64,000 nucleotides of DNA from Malacoraja senta (lineage: Eukaryota), in assembly GCA_038087875.1 (NCBI GenBank), contig CM075989.1, positions 24,120,001-24,184,000 on the forward strand. Reading direction: 5' to 3'. This document shows, piece after piece, positions 49,956 through 63,500 of this stretch (position 1 is its first letter; every line of letters begins with the position of its first letter). A program made the position numbers and the translations under genes. Below the pieces are notes generated by a model, which made no database searches, was not told the origin of the DNA, and saw only the letters and a program-made list of their open reading frames with translations.

Positions 49956-51554
49956 ACCCATTCCTTCTCTCCAGCTGCCTGTCCTGCTGAGTTACTCCAG
50001 CATTTTGTATCTATCTTCGGTATGAACCAGCATCTGCAGTTCCTTCCAACGCAAGTAAACATGAACAGGAGGAATCCATTGTTCAGACATGACCCAAATC
50101 TCAGATGGAGAATCCCCCTCCGTTCCTTCCCCACTACCCCTCACCCATCCCGTTACTCTGAATATTCCCACTTCCTCTTGCTCACTGCTTCCAGTCAAGA
50201 GCACTCGACAACAGCTATGTTGACCCCCCCCCCACCCCAATGAGGTCAAGTTATGGGCTGATGACCCAAAATGTCAGCCATTCCTTCTCTCAGGAGATGC
50301 TGCCTGTCCTGCTGAGTTACTCCAGCTTTTTGTGTCTACCTTCGGACTGACTTGTCCCAGGTTTCTGCCTTGTGAAGCTCTGACATCATTGGAGCTTGGG
50401 AGAGCTGCTCTTGATTGACAATGAGTAATATTTGTTTTGATCTCCAGCTCAAGAGCCAAAGAGGAGTTTGGTTTAATGCCTCGGTCACAAAACTGGACCA
50501 ATGTGGATTGCTGGGTTGAAAGTCCAGAACAAAGAGTGCAAATGTAACTAGTGTTTACTAAGTTTTTGGTTTAGTTGGTGATACAGCATGGAAACAGGCC
50601 CTTCGGCCCACTGAGGCCGCAGGGCGACCAGCGATCACGGAGACACTAATTCTATCCCACACACTGGGGACAATTTACAGAGGCAGATTAACCTACAAAC
50701 CTGCATGTCTTTGGAGTGTGGGAGGAAACCGGAGCACCCAGAGGAAACCCACACAGTCACAGCGACAACGTACAAACACACAGCATACATAGTCAGGATT
50801 GTACTTGGGTCTCTGGCGCTGTGAGGCAGCAACTGTACCTCTGGGCCCCAGTGTTTTCTTTGACTGGATAACACTGGATTTCACTGTTCCACGATACACA
50901 TGACAATAATCAACTAAACTAAACTACAGTCAACTGGTTGGAGACACTGCAGTGTCAGAAAGCTGTGAACCAAACTGACTTTGCAACGATCCAAGAAGCA
51001 GGAACGTTTGAAGTAGGAATGTTCAATAAAAGTAGAACAAAGTCCCAGATACAGAACACTGACGGCTTTCATTTTCGACAGAACAAACCTTCAACTAAAA
51101 ATACTTCTTTCCGCATTGTACTTAATTTGAAAGTGGACTGGAGACTCTTGGTTTTGCCCCAGCTATTCCTGTGGTACATACTTTTATTTGAAGGACTGTA
51201 GATTTCGAACAAATTCTTCCTCCATGGTGCCGCAGAGAATGATGTGAAACAAAATATAGTATTGATGGTGTCACTGGAGATTTGAGCTGCGTTAGATCAT
51301 GTTTAAATGGGAAAGCAACTGGTGAATGTGCATATTCTCTGAGAAAAAACATCTTCTCCATTTGACACAGTGATGATATTGGTGTTGACATCAAGTTGCA
51401 TGTTGTGTATGAGCTTCATCTGGATCCAGTTTGAGTTCGCATTGTTCTTGCTGCTTTCTTGCCCATTTTCCATTCAATGGAAAAGGTTGAAATGGCAAAG
51501 AAGTCCAGTGTAAGTAAACAAATCGATCTTAGCACATTCAGTTAAAGATAACCA

Positions 51555-52835
51555 AAGACTTGCATTCAGATATCACATTTTTACAACCTCAGGATTTCCA
51601 CAGCACTGTACTCTGTGTAGTCACTGTGATTGTGGAGGAGGTAAACTGGTGTAATACGTCAGCTGATTGTCTAATGATGTGGAATGAGAAACATAGACAA
51701 TAGGTGCAGGAGTAGGCCATTCAACCCTTCGAGCCAGCACCGCCATTCAATGTGATCATGGCTGATCATCCACAATTAGTACCCTGTTCCTGCTTTCTCC
51801 CCATATCCCTTGATTCCGCTAGCCCTTTAGAGCTATATCTAACTCTCTTGAAAACATCCAGTGACTTGGCCTCCACTGGGTGCAGAGATGAGGAAAAACG
51901 TTTTCATCCAGAGAGTTGTGAATCTGTGGAATTCTCTGCCTCAGAAGGCAGTGGAGGCCAATTCTATGGATGCTTTCAAGAGAGAGTTAGATAGAGCTCT
52001 TAAAGATAGCGGAGTCAAGGGATATGGGGAGAAGGAAGGAACGGGGTACTGATTGTGGATGATCAGCCATGATCACAGTGAATGCTGGTGCTGGCTCGAA
52101 TGGCCGAATGGCCTACTTCTGCACCTATTGTCTATTGTCACTGCCTTCTGAGGCAGAGAATTCCACAAATTCACAACTCTCTGTGTGAAAACGTTTTTTC
52201 TCATTGCAGTTCTAAATGGCCTCCCCCTTATTGTTAAACTGTGGACCCTGGTTCTGGACTCCCCCAACATTGGGAACATGTTTCCTGCATCTAGTCTGTC
52301 AAATCACTTAATAATTTTATATATATATATGTTTTTATAACATTCCCTCTCATCCTTCTAAATTCCAGTGTATACAAGCTCAGTCGTTCCATTCTTTCAT
52401 CATATGACAGTCCCGCCATCCCGGGAATTAACCTCGTGAACCTACGCTGCACTTCCTCAATAGCAAGAATGTCCTTCCTCAAATTAGGAGACAAAAACTG
52501 CACACAATATTCCAGATGTGGTCTCACCAGGGCACTGTACAACTGCAGAAGGATCTCTTTGCTCCTATACTCAAATCATCTCGTTATATAGGCCAACATG
52601 CCATTAGCTTTCTTCACTGACTGCTGTACCTGCATGCTTACTTTCAGTGACTGATGTACAAGGACCCCCAGATCTCGTTGTACTTCCCCTTTTCATAATC
52701 TGAGGTATAAATGTTGGCCAGGAAACCGGGGATAATTCCCTTGTTATTTTTTCAAATCAATGCTATGGGATATTTCCTGTTTGTGCTGACTAAGCCTTGA
52801 TTTAAAGCCTCTACTAAAAGACGGCACCTCTGAAA
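51555..52835 (-). mobile_element. Old Deu-domain SINE (SacSINE/AmnSINE-like) split by CR1 insertions
   Basis: 52704-52835 (tataaatgttggccaggaaaccgggga..gctatgggat..aaagacggcacctc) resembles the recalled Deu core; 51555-51687 resembles its L2-type tail. Confidence 0.55.
51688..52700 (-). mobile_element. CR1 fragment (minus) containing a nested CR1 3' end (51879-52138, plus)
   Basis: ORFs 52291-52542 and 52073-52279 (-), 51861-52052 (+); cactg at 51874-51878 and 52139-52143. Confidence 0.85.
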
Positions 52836-53894
52836 ATCCCCCATCCCCCACCCCCGCCCCCTCCTGAGTTCACTGGGTTTGTGACATCTGAAAGAATGTG
52901 CGGCACGGTGGCGCAGCGGTAGAGTTGCTGCCTCACAACGCCAGAGACCCGGGTTCGATCGTGACCATGGATGCTGTCTGTACGGAGTTTGTACGTTCTC
53001 CCTGTGACCACGTTGGTTTTCTACAGGTGCACTGGTTTCTTCCCGTACTCCATTGACGTACAGGTTTGTAGGTTAATTGTCTTCTGTAAATTGGCCTCTC
53101 ACTCTAGCCTAGTCGGGGAGTTCCGCAGTTCTCCATATTATTTCCCTGTGGAGATCACACCTTCCCTGGCTGACCATGGACCGACCTGGCACTGCCCCGC
53201 CTGAGGTCATTTGTGGATGATCTGCCATGATCACGTTGAATGGCGGTGCTGACTTGAAGGGCCAAATGGCCTACTCCTGCACCTATTGTCTATTGTCTAT
53301 TGGTCGGCCTTGATTGCGCCTGGTCTTTTCTTACTTCCTCCCCCCCCCCCTCCTCTCCAGCCCAGGGATTAAAGGATAGGCGGTGTTTCCGGTCAGGACC
53401 TTCCTTCAGATGTCTGAAGAAGTGTCCCGACCCAAATCGTCACCCATCCTTTTTCTCCAGCAACGTTGCCTGACCCGCTGAGTTACTCCAGCACTTTGTG
53501 TTTGTCTTTGGTATAAACCAGCATCGGCAGTTCTTTGTTTCTAAGTTTGTTATTCAGCTTTGATACCTCCCTCCAGCATGCTGCGGATAGACCAGAACAG
53601 ATATTGTACAAATTGGATTGCGTGGCATGGAGCCCTGCCGGCTGGGAGAGTGTGTGAGGAATCTGGGCACAGACCTTGCCTGGTTCTCCATCAATTACCT
53701 TTAATGGACATAAATTCACAGGGAGCAAGTACCTGAATTTCTCTAAAAGACCCCGTGCAGGCATTGTTCCTCGATTAGCCTGTGATTTTGTGATATAGTG
53801 TCTGTGGCATATTAGTTACGCCAACATGAAACACTGACTGCAAGCTAACATGGAAAACCAACCACATTTTGGGATGCCAATCTATGTCATAAAC

Positions 53895-54358
53895 CTGGTG
53901 GGAGACCGCTTTTCGGGGCTTCCGCAGCGGCGACTTCTCCCTCCCGAGTTGCGGAGTTGAAGAGCATCTGGAGTGGGGCTTTACATCGTCGCCCCGCGCG
54001 GCTTGGAATGGCCGCCGGACTTTGCGAGCGCGCGCCGGGGCTCTAACACCAAGACCCGGTGCGCGACCTTGCATCACCTGGCGTGGCTTTAATGGCCGCG
54101 GGATAATCACCATCGCCCGCCGGGGGCTTTGACTTTGACTCTGACATGGGGGGGGGGGGGGGGGGGGGGGAGTGCAGTGGAAAGATACGTTTTTTTTTTG
54201 CCTTCCATCACAGCGCTGTGATGGATGTATGTGTAAATTGTGTTGTGTCTCGGGTCTTCTTCGTTTTGTAATGTATGGCTGCAGAAACGATATTTCGTTT
54301 GGACCTCAAGGGGTCCAAATGACAAATTTGTCCAAAAAGACAAATAAATTGTATTGTA
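53895..54358 (+). mobile_element. CpG-rich unclassified non-autonomous retroposon with Rex-type 3' end
   Basis: Stem-loop tttggacc/ggtccaaa (54298-54319), gacaaataaa, (TTGTA)n tail; related decayed copy at ~24350-24510 (ttttttgccttccatcacag..tgtgatggatgt). Confidence 0.5.
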
Positions 54359-55244
54359 CCATGAAGAAATTACCCTGGAAATCAATGATTTTATTTTTGG
54401 ACTGAACCACAACATACTGCTCCAAAATGAAAAAATAAATCCCTCACGTTATACTATCATAGCAATTGTGCTTTTAAAAAAACTAAATAATGCGTTTATT
54501 GACTAAAGGTATAGTTAAATTTGCATTTATGCCATTGATATTATAAATAACAATTGTGTATCCTAATAATTTGAAAAAATGGAAGCATCTTTCTGTGGTA
54601 TTTTAAATGAGAACAAGATGGTTAATGGTTAGTGTATCGGCACTGTGCCTTTAGGCAGCTGTACAACAGATGTAATGAAGGATCCTCTTATAAATCAGAG
54701 AGTAATTTGAGTGCAGGAAGGTTGCAGAACATAAACAGTAATTGCCGCATGTTGTGAAGAGTGGGGATTTGAGACTGTTGGAGCTGATTGTTAAAGATAT
54801 TGTCTTCGCCTGGCCCTTCTACTGATGCATGTGGTACCTACTCTGCACTGGAACCTCTGAGATATTAACCAAAATTATTGTCTGCCTCTTGCAAATAATG
54901 TTACATGAAACCACATATCTTATTGTAGGCAGACAGGAGTCTATGTTGTGCCACCGGCTACAAAAATAGAGAAATGGTGTACAGATGTCAGGTTGTTAAT
55001 ATAATGAGCAGTTTGATAGCCCTGGTGCGATTATTGATTTCAGCTTGAGCCTTTTGCAAACTCGCTCAGCTCCATGTGTGCAGTCTAGTTGGGAAGGCTG
55101 AACATTGTGGAGTTGTCAGGAGAGGGAAACAAATGTTCTCCTTTTGCCCAACATTGAATCATAGAACATACTTCAATACAGCAAGGAGTACAGGCCCTTT
55201 GGCCCACAATGTCCAAGCCCAACATGATTTCAACTTTAGTTTAG

Positions 55245-55787
55245 TTTTGTTTAGAGATACAGCGCGGAACCAGGCCCTTCAGCCCACGGAGTCCGTGCCG
55301 ACCAAAGATCGCCGCACACTTACGGGCCTGTCCCACTTGGGCGTCATTTGCGCGTCACGCAGGTCGCGCACGAAGATTTTGTGAATCCCAAAATCCTGGG
55401 GCGCCGCTCGCGATCGCGCGTCACTGCCTACGTCACCACGTACCCTGCGCGCATCACGTGCACGTCACCACGTGTGCGTCATGACGCATAAATGATGTTG
55501 CGCAAATGATGCGCAAATGACGCGCTAGTGGGACAGGCCCTTTACAATATCCTACACACACACACACATTCACGGGACAATGTTTACATTTATACCAAGC
55601 CAATTAACCTACAAACCTGCACATCTTTGGAGTGTGGGAGGAAACCAAAGATCTCAGAGAAAACCCACGCAGATCACGGGGAGAACGTACAAACTCCGTA
55701 CAGACAGAAGCCGTAGTCGGGGTCAAACCCGGGTCTCCGGCGCTACAAGCGCTGTAAGGCAGCAACTCTACCGCTGCGCCACCATGC
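55245..55787 (-). mobile_element. HE1-like V-SINE interrupted by a MITE
   Basis: Consensus continuous across 55322/55545. Confidence 0.85.
55323..55541. mobile_element. 219-bp PIF/Harbinger-type MITE with TTA TSD
   Basis: TIR gggcctgtcccact / agtgggacaggccc; TTA at 55320-55322 and 55542-55544; very CpG-rich interior. Confidence 0.85.
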
Positions 55788-58504
55788 AAGTTAAAATAGT
55801 TCATATGTCACAGGAGCAGAATTAGGCAGCAGTGTCAGGGGAGATAGATTGGGCGGAGATAGGGTCGACAGTCCAACTCGTTTTCCCAGGGTGGAAATGT
55901 CCAGCATTAGAGGGCGTAGCATTAATGTGAGAGGGGAAAGTTTATGTGTGGGGCAAGATTTTTACACACAGTGGTGGAGGTCTGGGACGCGTTGCCAGGA
56001 GTGGTGGTGGAGGCAGATACCATAGTGGTGTTAAAGAGGCACATGGAAGTGCAGGCAATACGGGAATATGGATTTATCTTTAATTGGACTTTACTGGACA
56101 TTATCTTGCGCTAAACGCTATTCCCTTTATCCTGTGTCTGTACACTGCGGGCGGCTCGATTGTAATCAGCTTTCCGCTGACTGGAAAGCTTTTCACTGTA
56201 CCTTGGTACACGTAACAATAAACGTAACTAAACATGTTGGGAATGCAGGGAATAGAAGGATATGGATCATGTACCGGCAGATGAGATCAGGTTAACAGCA
56301 TCATGTTTGGTAGAACGGTGTGGGCTGAAGGGCCTGATCCTGTGATCTTCATTCCAAGTTGTACATTCTATGGGACCCTGGACAAAGAGCCTGTCACAGT
56401 TCAGGAAGGCGGATCGCTGCGATCTTCTGTAGAACAGTTTGTGATGGGGAGATAGGTACAGATGTGGACTACAGCATGCACATTTATAAAACGTATTAAA
56501 GACGTTAATTGTTATAGGAATTGTTTTATTTTGAAGGCTGTAGGTATGAAGAGGATTTGGTCCCTTGCAGCTTTATTTCCCAGCTGCTACACTGATGATG
56601 TGGTGATGTTTTTGGCAGGGACATAACAGCTTTATTGTTCACAGCAAGATGAGATCAGATGCGGCACAGCCCAACACTTTGGGTGTGATTCAGCAGACAG
56701 AGAGAACCTAGATCTTCAGGTTTAATTTCAAGGAATAATTTGTTTTGTCAGGAGCTGGCTCCTTGTGTGAGAATGAAAAGTTAAGAAATTGATAATAGTG
56801 GTTCATCTTTCCTCAAGGGCGTGTGTGTATTAGAGCATTAGCAGATTATTCAACCGCTTAAATCTACCCCACTCAAATGTAAGAAACACAGAGTATTTTG
56901 GATATTAAACCTGTGGGCTGATTCATACCATGACACCATTTACCCTGACATCCATATCCCTCAAAGTGACAAAGATCTACTTCCTCTTTCATGTCCATCT
57001 TCCATGTTACAAACGTTGACCCCGCTGTCATCGTCCGTCCTGAAAACGATGCAAGCTTCTGGTGACAATCAGTGGGAGCCATCGCTGGTTGCAATAGATG
57101 ATGGTGGTGGCAGAATTAGCTCAGGATACTTCCAGTTTCCAGCCCCGTGACGTGGACGATTCTGCTGTGGGGCCACAAAGATTTACGAAACAAAGCTTTA
57201 CAGAACATCAGAGGTTGAGGGATGTGCATTTTTGAGAGGCACTGACAGGGTAGACAGTCAAAACCTTTTTCCTCCAGAGTGGAGATGTCCAGCACTAGAG
57301 GGCACAGCTATAAGGTGAGAGGGGGAACATTTAATGGAGATGTACGGGGCAAGTTTGTTTACAGAGTGGTGGGTGCCTGGAACCCCTGTAGGGGTGGTGG
57401 TGGAGGCAGATATGATGGTGGCATTTCAGAGGGTTTTAGACCGACCCATGGAAGTGCAGGATATAGAGGGATTACGGATCATGTACAGGCGGATGAGACC
57501 AGTTTGACGGCTTCAAGTTCAACGCAAGCCACCACCTGCACACTAGTTCTATGTGTAAGAAGGAACTGCAGATGCTGGTTCACATTGAAGATAAACACAA
57601 AACCCTGGGGTAACTCAGCGGGTCAGGCAGCATCTCTGGAAAAAAGGAATAGGTGACGTTTTGGGCCAAGACCATTCTTGAGTTCTATGTTGTCCCACTT
57701 TCTCGAGGTACAATACACAGATACCACCGAGTCCACGCCGACCATCGATCACCCGTTCAAACTAGTTTTATCCTACATACTGGGAAAAACATTTACAGAA
57801 GCCAATTAACCTACAATCCTGCATGTCTTTGGGATGTGGAAGGAAGCGAAAACCCACGCGGTCACAGGGAGAACGCACAAACTCCGTACCCGTTGTGGGG
57901 ATTGAACCAGGGTTTCCAGCGCTCTGAGGCAGCAACTCTACCCGCTGTGCCACCACTATAGTTTATAACCAGCATGATTCAATGTCTTTGCAACAGCCCT
58001 ACAGCTGCAAACCTTTCTTAACCTCACTGAGATGAAGCTGTGCCCAGCAACAGTGAGGATCCGTCATCAGGGTTATTTAAAGGGATTGCTGGACAGTAGC
58101 TGTTCAGCTGTTGTTTGTTGTACAATCTGCAGGCATTTCACAGCTTCTAAAGTTCCTTCGTGCAGCTCATGTTCAGAAGGAGGCCAGTGCCAGCTACTGA
58201 GGGACCAGGACGGGAGAGTAACTGCGTGGGAGACCTTTGGGATGGAACCTGTCACCTATTGCAGCTGCAATCCCAGAGCCAGATGGCTTTGCTTTGCTTT
58301 GCCAGAGACGGCCTGTAGCATCTTGGGGGAGATCGTAGGTACAGTACACAGTGTACAGGACTTAAAAGACTTCTTAATGGTTCTCAGTGCAAACATAATA
58401 ATGACGTTTTGGAACGGTTTATTCAAGTATCGTGCCAGGTGCGTAATGAACATTAAAGCAGACAAACTATCGAAGTACAAAGGGTCAGAGCAAACATCAG
58501 TGTG

Positions 58505-59135
58505 GATCTGTAGCAGGGAACTTCAGATGCAGTCTGGAGAAGGGCCTCGACCCGAAACATCACACATTCCATCTCTCCCCCGTTGAGTTACTCCAGCACT
58601 CTGTGAAACGCCACCTATCCATGTTCTCCAGAGATGCTGCCTGACCTGCTGAGTTACTCCAGCACTCTGTGAAACGTCACCTATCCATGTTCTCCACAGA
58701 TGCTGCCTGACCTGCTGAGTTACTCCAGCACTCTGTGAAACGTCACCTATCCATGTTCTCCAGAGATGCTGCCTGACCCGCTGAGTTACTCCAGCATTCT
58801 GTAAAACGTCACCTATCCATGTTCCGGCAGCATCTATGGAGCGAAGGAAATAGGCAACGTTTCGGCCCGAAACCCTTCCGGGTTTCAGCCCGAAACGTTG
58901 CCTATTTCCTTCAGTGTTTCGGCCCGAAAGGTTGCCCATTTCCTTCGCTCCACAGATGCTGCCTGACCCGCTGAGTTACTCCAGCACTCTGTGAAACATC
59001 ACCTATCCATGTTCTCCACAGATGCTGCCTGACCCACTGAGTTACTCCAGCACTCTGTGAAACATCACCTATCCATGTTCTCTACAGATGCTGCCTGACC
59101 CGCTGAGTTACTCCAGCACTCTGTGTCTATCTTCA
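58505..59135 (+). repeat. PLE-derived 66-bp tandem array with an internal inverted insertion
   Basis: gagtt at 58585, 58651, 58717, 58783, then 58973, 59039, 59105; 58826-58950 holds pieces of the second PLE variant. Confidence 0.88.
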
Positions 59136-59607
59136 GTGTGGATCTGTTTAGTTTCCATGACTCTCATTCCTTGGCTCCACTGATTCTTCTTTCAAGACAA
59201 TACATTCAGGGTTGCTTCGCTGCGTTCAGCTGAGACTGTTTTAAGCTGAAGTATTTGTACCTCGTAATGTTACAGTACACAGCTGTCCATTAATTTATTA
59301 ATTTCCTGCCTTTCAAGAGATTTTTCTAAACTATGAAATTCATCCAGATCTGAATAAAAACATTTTTCAGATCTCCTTACTCCAAGCACCTGCTTTCTTT
59401 GCTCTTCAAATAATGTCATAAGTTCATAACTTCATGTGATATGAGCAGAATTAGGCCATTTGGCCATCAAATCTACTCCACCATTCAATCATGACTGATC
59501 TATTTTTCCCTCTCAACCCCATTCTCCTGCCTTCTCCCCATAACTCTTGACTTGGCCTCCACAGCCGTCTGTGGCAATGAATTCCACAGATTCACCACTT
59601 TATGGAT

Positions 59608-60440
59608 CAGTTCCTGTGGATTGGAGGGTAGCTAATGTTATCCCACTTTTTAAAGAAAGAAAGCAGGGAATCATAGACCAGTTAGCCTGACATCGGTGGT
59701 GGGGAAGATGCTGGAGTCGATTATTAAAAATGTAATGGCGGAAAATTTGGAAAGCAGTGACGTGAATGGTCCGAGACAAAGAGTAGGAATTAACAGGTCG
59801 CTTTCAGAATGGCAGGCAGTGACTAGTGGGGTACCGCAAGGCTCGGTGCTGGGACCGCAGCTATTTACAATATACATTAATGATTTAGATGAAGGAATTA
59901 AAAGTAACATTAGCAAATTTGCAGATGACCCAAAGCTGGGTGGCAGTGTGAACTGTGAAGAAGATGCTATGAGGATGCAGGGTGACTTGGACAGGTTGGG
60001 TGAGTGGGCAGATGCAGTTTAATGTGGATAAATGTGAGGTTATCCACTTTGGTGGCAAGAACAGGAAGGTAGATTATTATCTGAATGGTGTCAGGTTAGG
60101 AAAAGGGGAAGTACAACGAGACTTGGGTGTCCTTGTACATCAGTCACTGAAAGTAAACATGCAGGTACAGCAGGCAGTGAAGAAAGCTAATGGCATGTTG
60201 GCCTTCATTGCAAGAGGATTTGAGTATAGGAGTAAAGAGGTCCTTCTGCACTTGTACAGGTCCCTAGTGAAACCACACCTGGAGTATTATATGCAGTTGT
60301 GTTCTCCTAATTTGAGGAAGTAATTCTTGCTATTGATGGAGTGCAGCGTAGGTTCACAAGGTTAATTCCCGGGATGGCGGGACTGTCATATGATGAAAGA
60401 ATGGAGTGACTGGGCTTGTATTCACTGGAATTTAGGATAA
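59608..60440 (+). mobile_element. CR1 RT fragment with internal deletions and frameshifts
   Basis: GVPQGSVLGP..FADD (59696-60022) and NVDKCEVIHFG..PHLEY (59982-60323). Confidence 0.9.
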
Positions 60441-60571
60441 GAGTAGCAATGTTACAAAATTTTGAGATTTTAAAAATAAAGTCCAATTTATCCCATCAGA
60501 TAAAGCATAAAAAGAAGTTTAATTTGACACCTAATTCACTTTCATATCTTCAGTGTTAAAAAAAGTTATGG
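60441..60571. repeat. Unclassified AT-rich segment that received the L1 insertion (resumes at 63984)
   Basis: Abruptly replaces the CR1 sequence at ~60440 and ends in the L1 target site; possibly a DNA-transposon derivative. Confidence 0.35.
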
Positions 60572-63500
60572 AGGAGGTTCAACTCCTCATTATTAGCAGA
60601 GGCTCACTACATGCAATTCTTGCACTCCCAAATCACCCTATATTTTGAGCTGAATGACTCGTCGGACATAGAAAGAGGTATACTCTGGGAAGCTTCAAAA
60701 GCCTATATTAGGGGCCAACTCATTTCCTTTGTCTCCAACCTGAAAAGAACCGAGACGTTCCAAACGGCAGATCTGTTACAAAAAATAAAGGACATTGATG
60801 ACAAATATGCATCTGACCCAAACCCTAATCTCTATAGAGAACGCCTTAGGCTACAAACAGACTTTGACCTCATATCCATTAATAAAGCCAAACTACGACT
60901 GCTCAAATCTAGGCAACATTTTTTTGAATCTGGGGATAAAGCTGGAAAGCTTTTGGCCCATCAGGCCAGAACAGAGGCGACTTCACGGCTAATTCCAGCC
61001 ATTAGATCCAGCTCAGGGGAGATTCATACTGATCCTCTCAGAATTAATGAAGCATTTGCTAAATTCTACACTGAACTATACACTTCCGACTGTCCCCCCA
61101 CTGCAGGTGACATGTTCAGTAGTATGACGTTTCCCCGAATTGATGAAGAAGCCATGAGAGACTTGGGTGGCCCCATAACTGTAGCTGAGGTCCAAGCAGC
61201 CATCACATCGCTGCAAAGCGGAAAGTCACCCGGCCCTGACGGCTTCTCTGTAGAATATTACAACGTTTTCTCTAATCTCCTCGCACCAGTCCTGAGAGAT
61301 ATGTACAATGAGGCTTTTTTACATCGTCGCCTACCGCCCACCTTGTCGTGGGCTACCATCTCCCTAATTCTTAAAAAGGAGAAAGATCCCCTGCTTTGTA
61401 GTAGCTATAGACCAATCTCACTCCTGAATGTGGACCTCAAAATCCTTCAAAAACCCTTGCGCTTCGTCTTCAACGAGTGATGCCCTCTATTATCTCGTTG
61501 GATCAAACAGGGTTTATACCTGGCCGACAGTCTTCCCATAATACTAGGCGTCTCCTTAACATCATTCACTCTTCGAGTAATGAGACCCCGGAGATGGTGG
61601 TCTCCCTCGATGCCGAAAAGGCCTTCGACAGGGTCGAGTGGAGGTATCTATATGAGGCGATGGATAGGTTTGGCCTCGGTAACAGTTTTAATCTCTGGGT
61701 GAGCCTATTATATTCGTCCCCGGTGGCCTCAGTACAAACAAACGACATACTGTCGCCCCACTTCACACTTCAGAGAGGTACCAGACAGGGTTGCCCGTTA
61801 TCTCCACTCTTGTTTGATGTCGCGATAGAACCCCTGGCGGTCTGGTTACGCGCAGAGAAGGGCTTTAAAGGTATTACACGGTTTGACACAACTCATAAAG
61901 TCTCATTGTATGCGGATGACCTGCTCGAACCCAGTCAGTTCTCTCCCTGTGATTATGAATATTTTAGAACGCTTTGGTGCATATTCTGGTTATAAACTCA
62001 ACTACCAAAAGAGTGAGCTATTAACGATTAACTTACCGGCTAAGCAGCTCCCTCGCTCTTTAACCTCATTCAAAAGGGCAGAGGATGGGTTTCGCTATCT
62101 CGGCGTTTTTATCACAATACCCTTATCTGATATGTTCCGCACAAACTTTTTGCCTCTGGTTGAGAAAGCCGAAAAAGATTTTGACCGCTGGTCAGTTTTA
62201 CCGCTATCCCTCGTGGGCCGGATAAATCTGGTTAAGATGGTTGTCCTACCCAAATTCCTGTATCTTTTCCAGCATGTCCCCATACTTATCACTAAATCTT
62301 TTTTTGATAAATTAGATAGGACAATATCTAAATTTTTATGGGGTAGCAAACCGGTCAGAATCCGAAAGGCGATACTGCAGTCGCCTAAGAGTGATGGCGG
62401 TTTGGCCCTCTCTGATTTTAGGCGATACTACTGGGCAGCTAACTTGCAAAAACTCCTGTATTGGATGAATGATGATTGCAAGCACCCACCGATCTGGGTA
62501 CATATGGAAAAGGCGAGTTCACGTCTCCCGTTGCGGTCTGTCCTATGCTCCCAACTCCCCCTTTCTATAACATCTGTGGGTGCAGGCCCAATTGTGTCCC
62601 TTTCGCTCAAGATATGGAGTCAATTTAGGAAAAACCTCGGTTTACAGGGTTCTTCCATCTTGACCCCACTGCTTAAATGTCACATCTTTAAACCTTCAAG
62701 TATAGACCACGCATTTAAAACCTGGCATAGCAATGGCATCAGTAGTATCAAAAACCTATATAAGGATGGCATCTTCTCATCTTTCGTGGAGCTCTCGTCT
62801 AACTACAACCTCCCAAACTCCCACCTTTTTCGTTTTTTCCAGATTAGGGATTTTGTGAAGAAGACATTTCCCTACTTCCCAAATCGCCCTCCTGAAACCC
62901 TGACTGATATCATCTTAGCTTTAGACCCCAACCGGAAGAAATGCATCTCTATTTTGTATAATTTGCTAGGGTCGGTTTTATTGAAACCTCATACCTCATT
63001 AAAAGCTGCGTGGGAGGGAGAGCTGAATACGAAATTAACAGACCAGCAATGGGACTCTGCCTTGGATTTGATCCACTCTTCTTCCATATGTGCTCGTCAT
63101 GGCCTAATCCAATGCAAAGTCCTTTACAAAGTCCACTACACAAATGCAAGATTAGCTAGAATGTACCCAGCTGTCAATGGCACCTGCAACAGATGTAGTC
63201 AATCTCCTGCCAACCATAGCCACATGTTTTGGTCTTGCCCTAAGCTAACAGCCTTTTGGAGGAGTGTTTTCGAATTGATAAGCAGAGCTTACGACCAGAC
63301 TATTCTCCCAAATCCAATGTCAGCTATTTTCGGTACCCCTCCCAGTACCAACCTCTCTGTTGCGGTGAAACGGGTCCTAGCTTTTACAACCTTGTTAGCC
63401 CGGAGACTGATCTTGCTTAGTTGGAGGCTTACCTGTCCCCCGACACACGGCCGTTGGATTAAGGAGGTGCTTTACAATCTGAAACTTGAAAAACTCAGGT

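Larger units (their letters stand above)
49360..50050 (+). mobile_element. Penelope-like element remnant: ORF fragment plus terminal repeat
   Basis: Translates VLTFHPISRR..HIILQHFRHLQQDP..HIFPSPP..RDRTLRNSLV and, after the MITE, PGTFPCNR (RT to GIY-YIG linker as recalled for vertebrate PLEs); followed by the abundant terminal repeat. Confidence 0.75.

Noticed and set aside
58032..58586. 184-aa Cys-rich ORF
   Set aside because: No recognisable domain spacing (not a TSR), no splice signals, ends in a PLE repeat.
58585..59125. CRISPR-like regular array
   Set aside because: Units are contiguous near-identical 66-mers with no unique spacers; vertebrate context, no cas genes.
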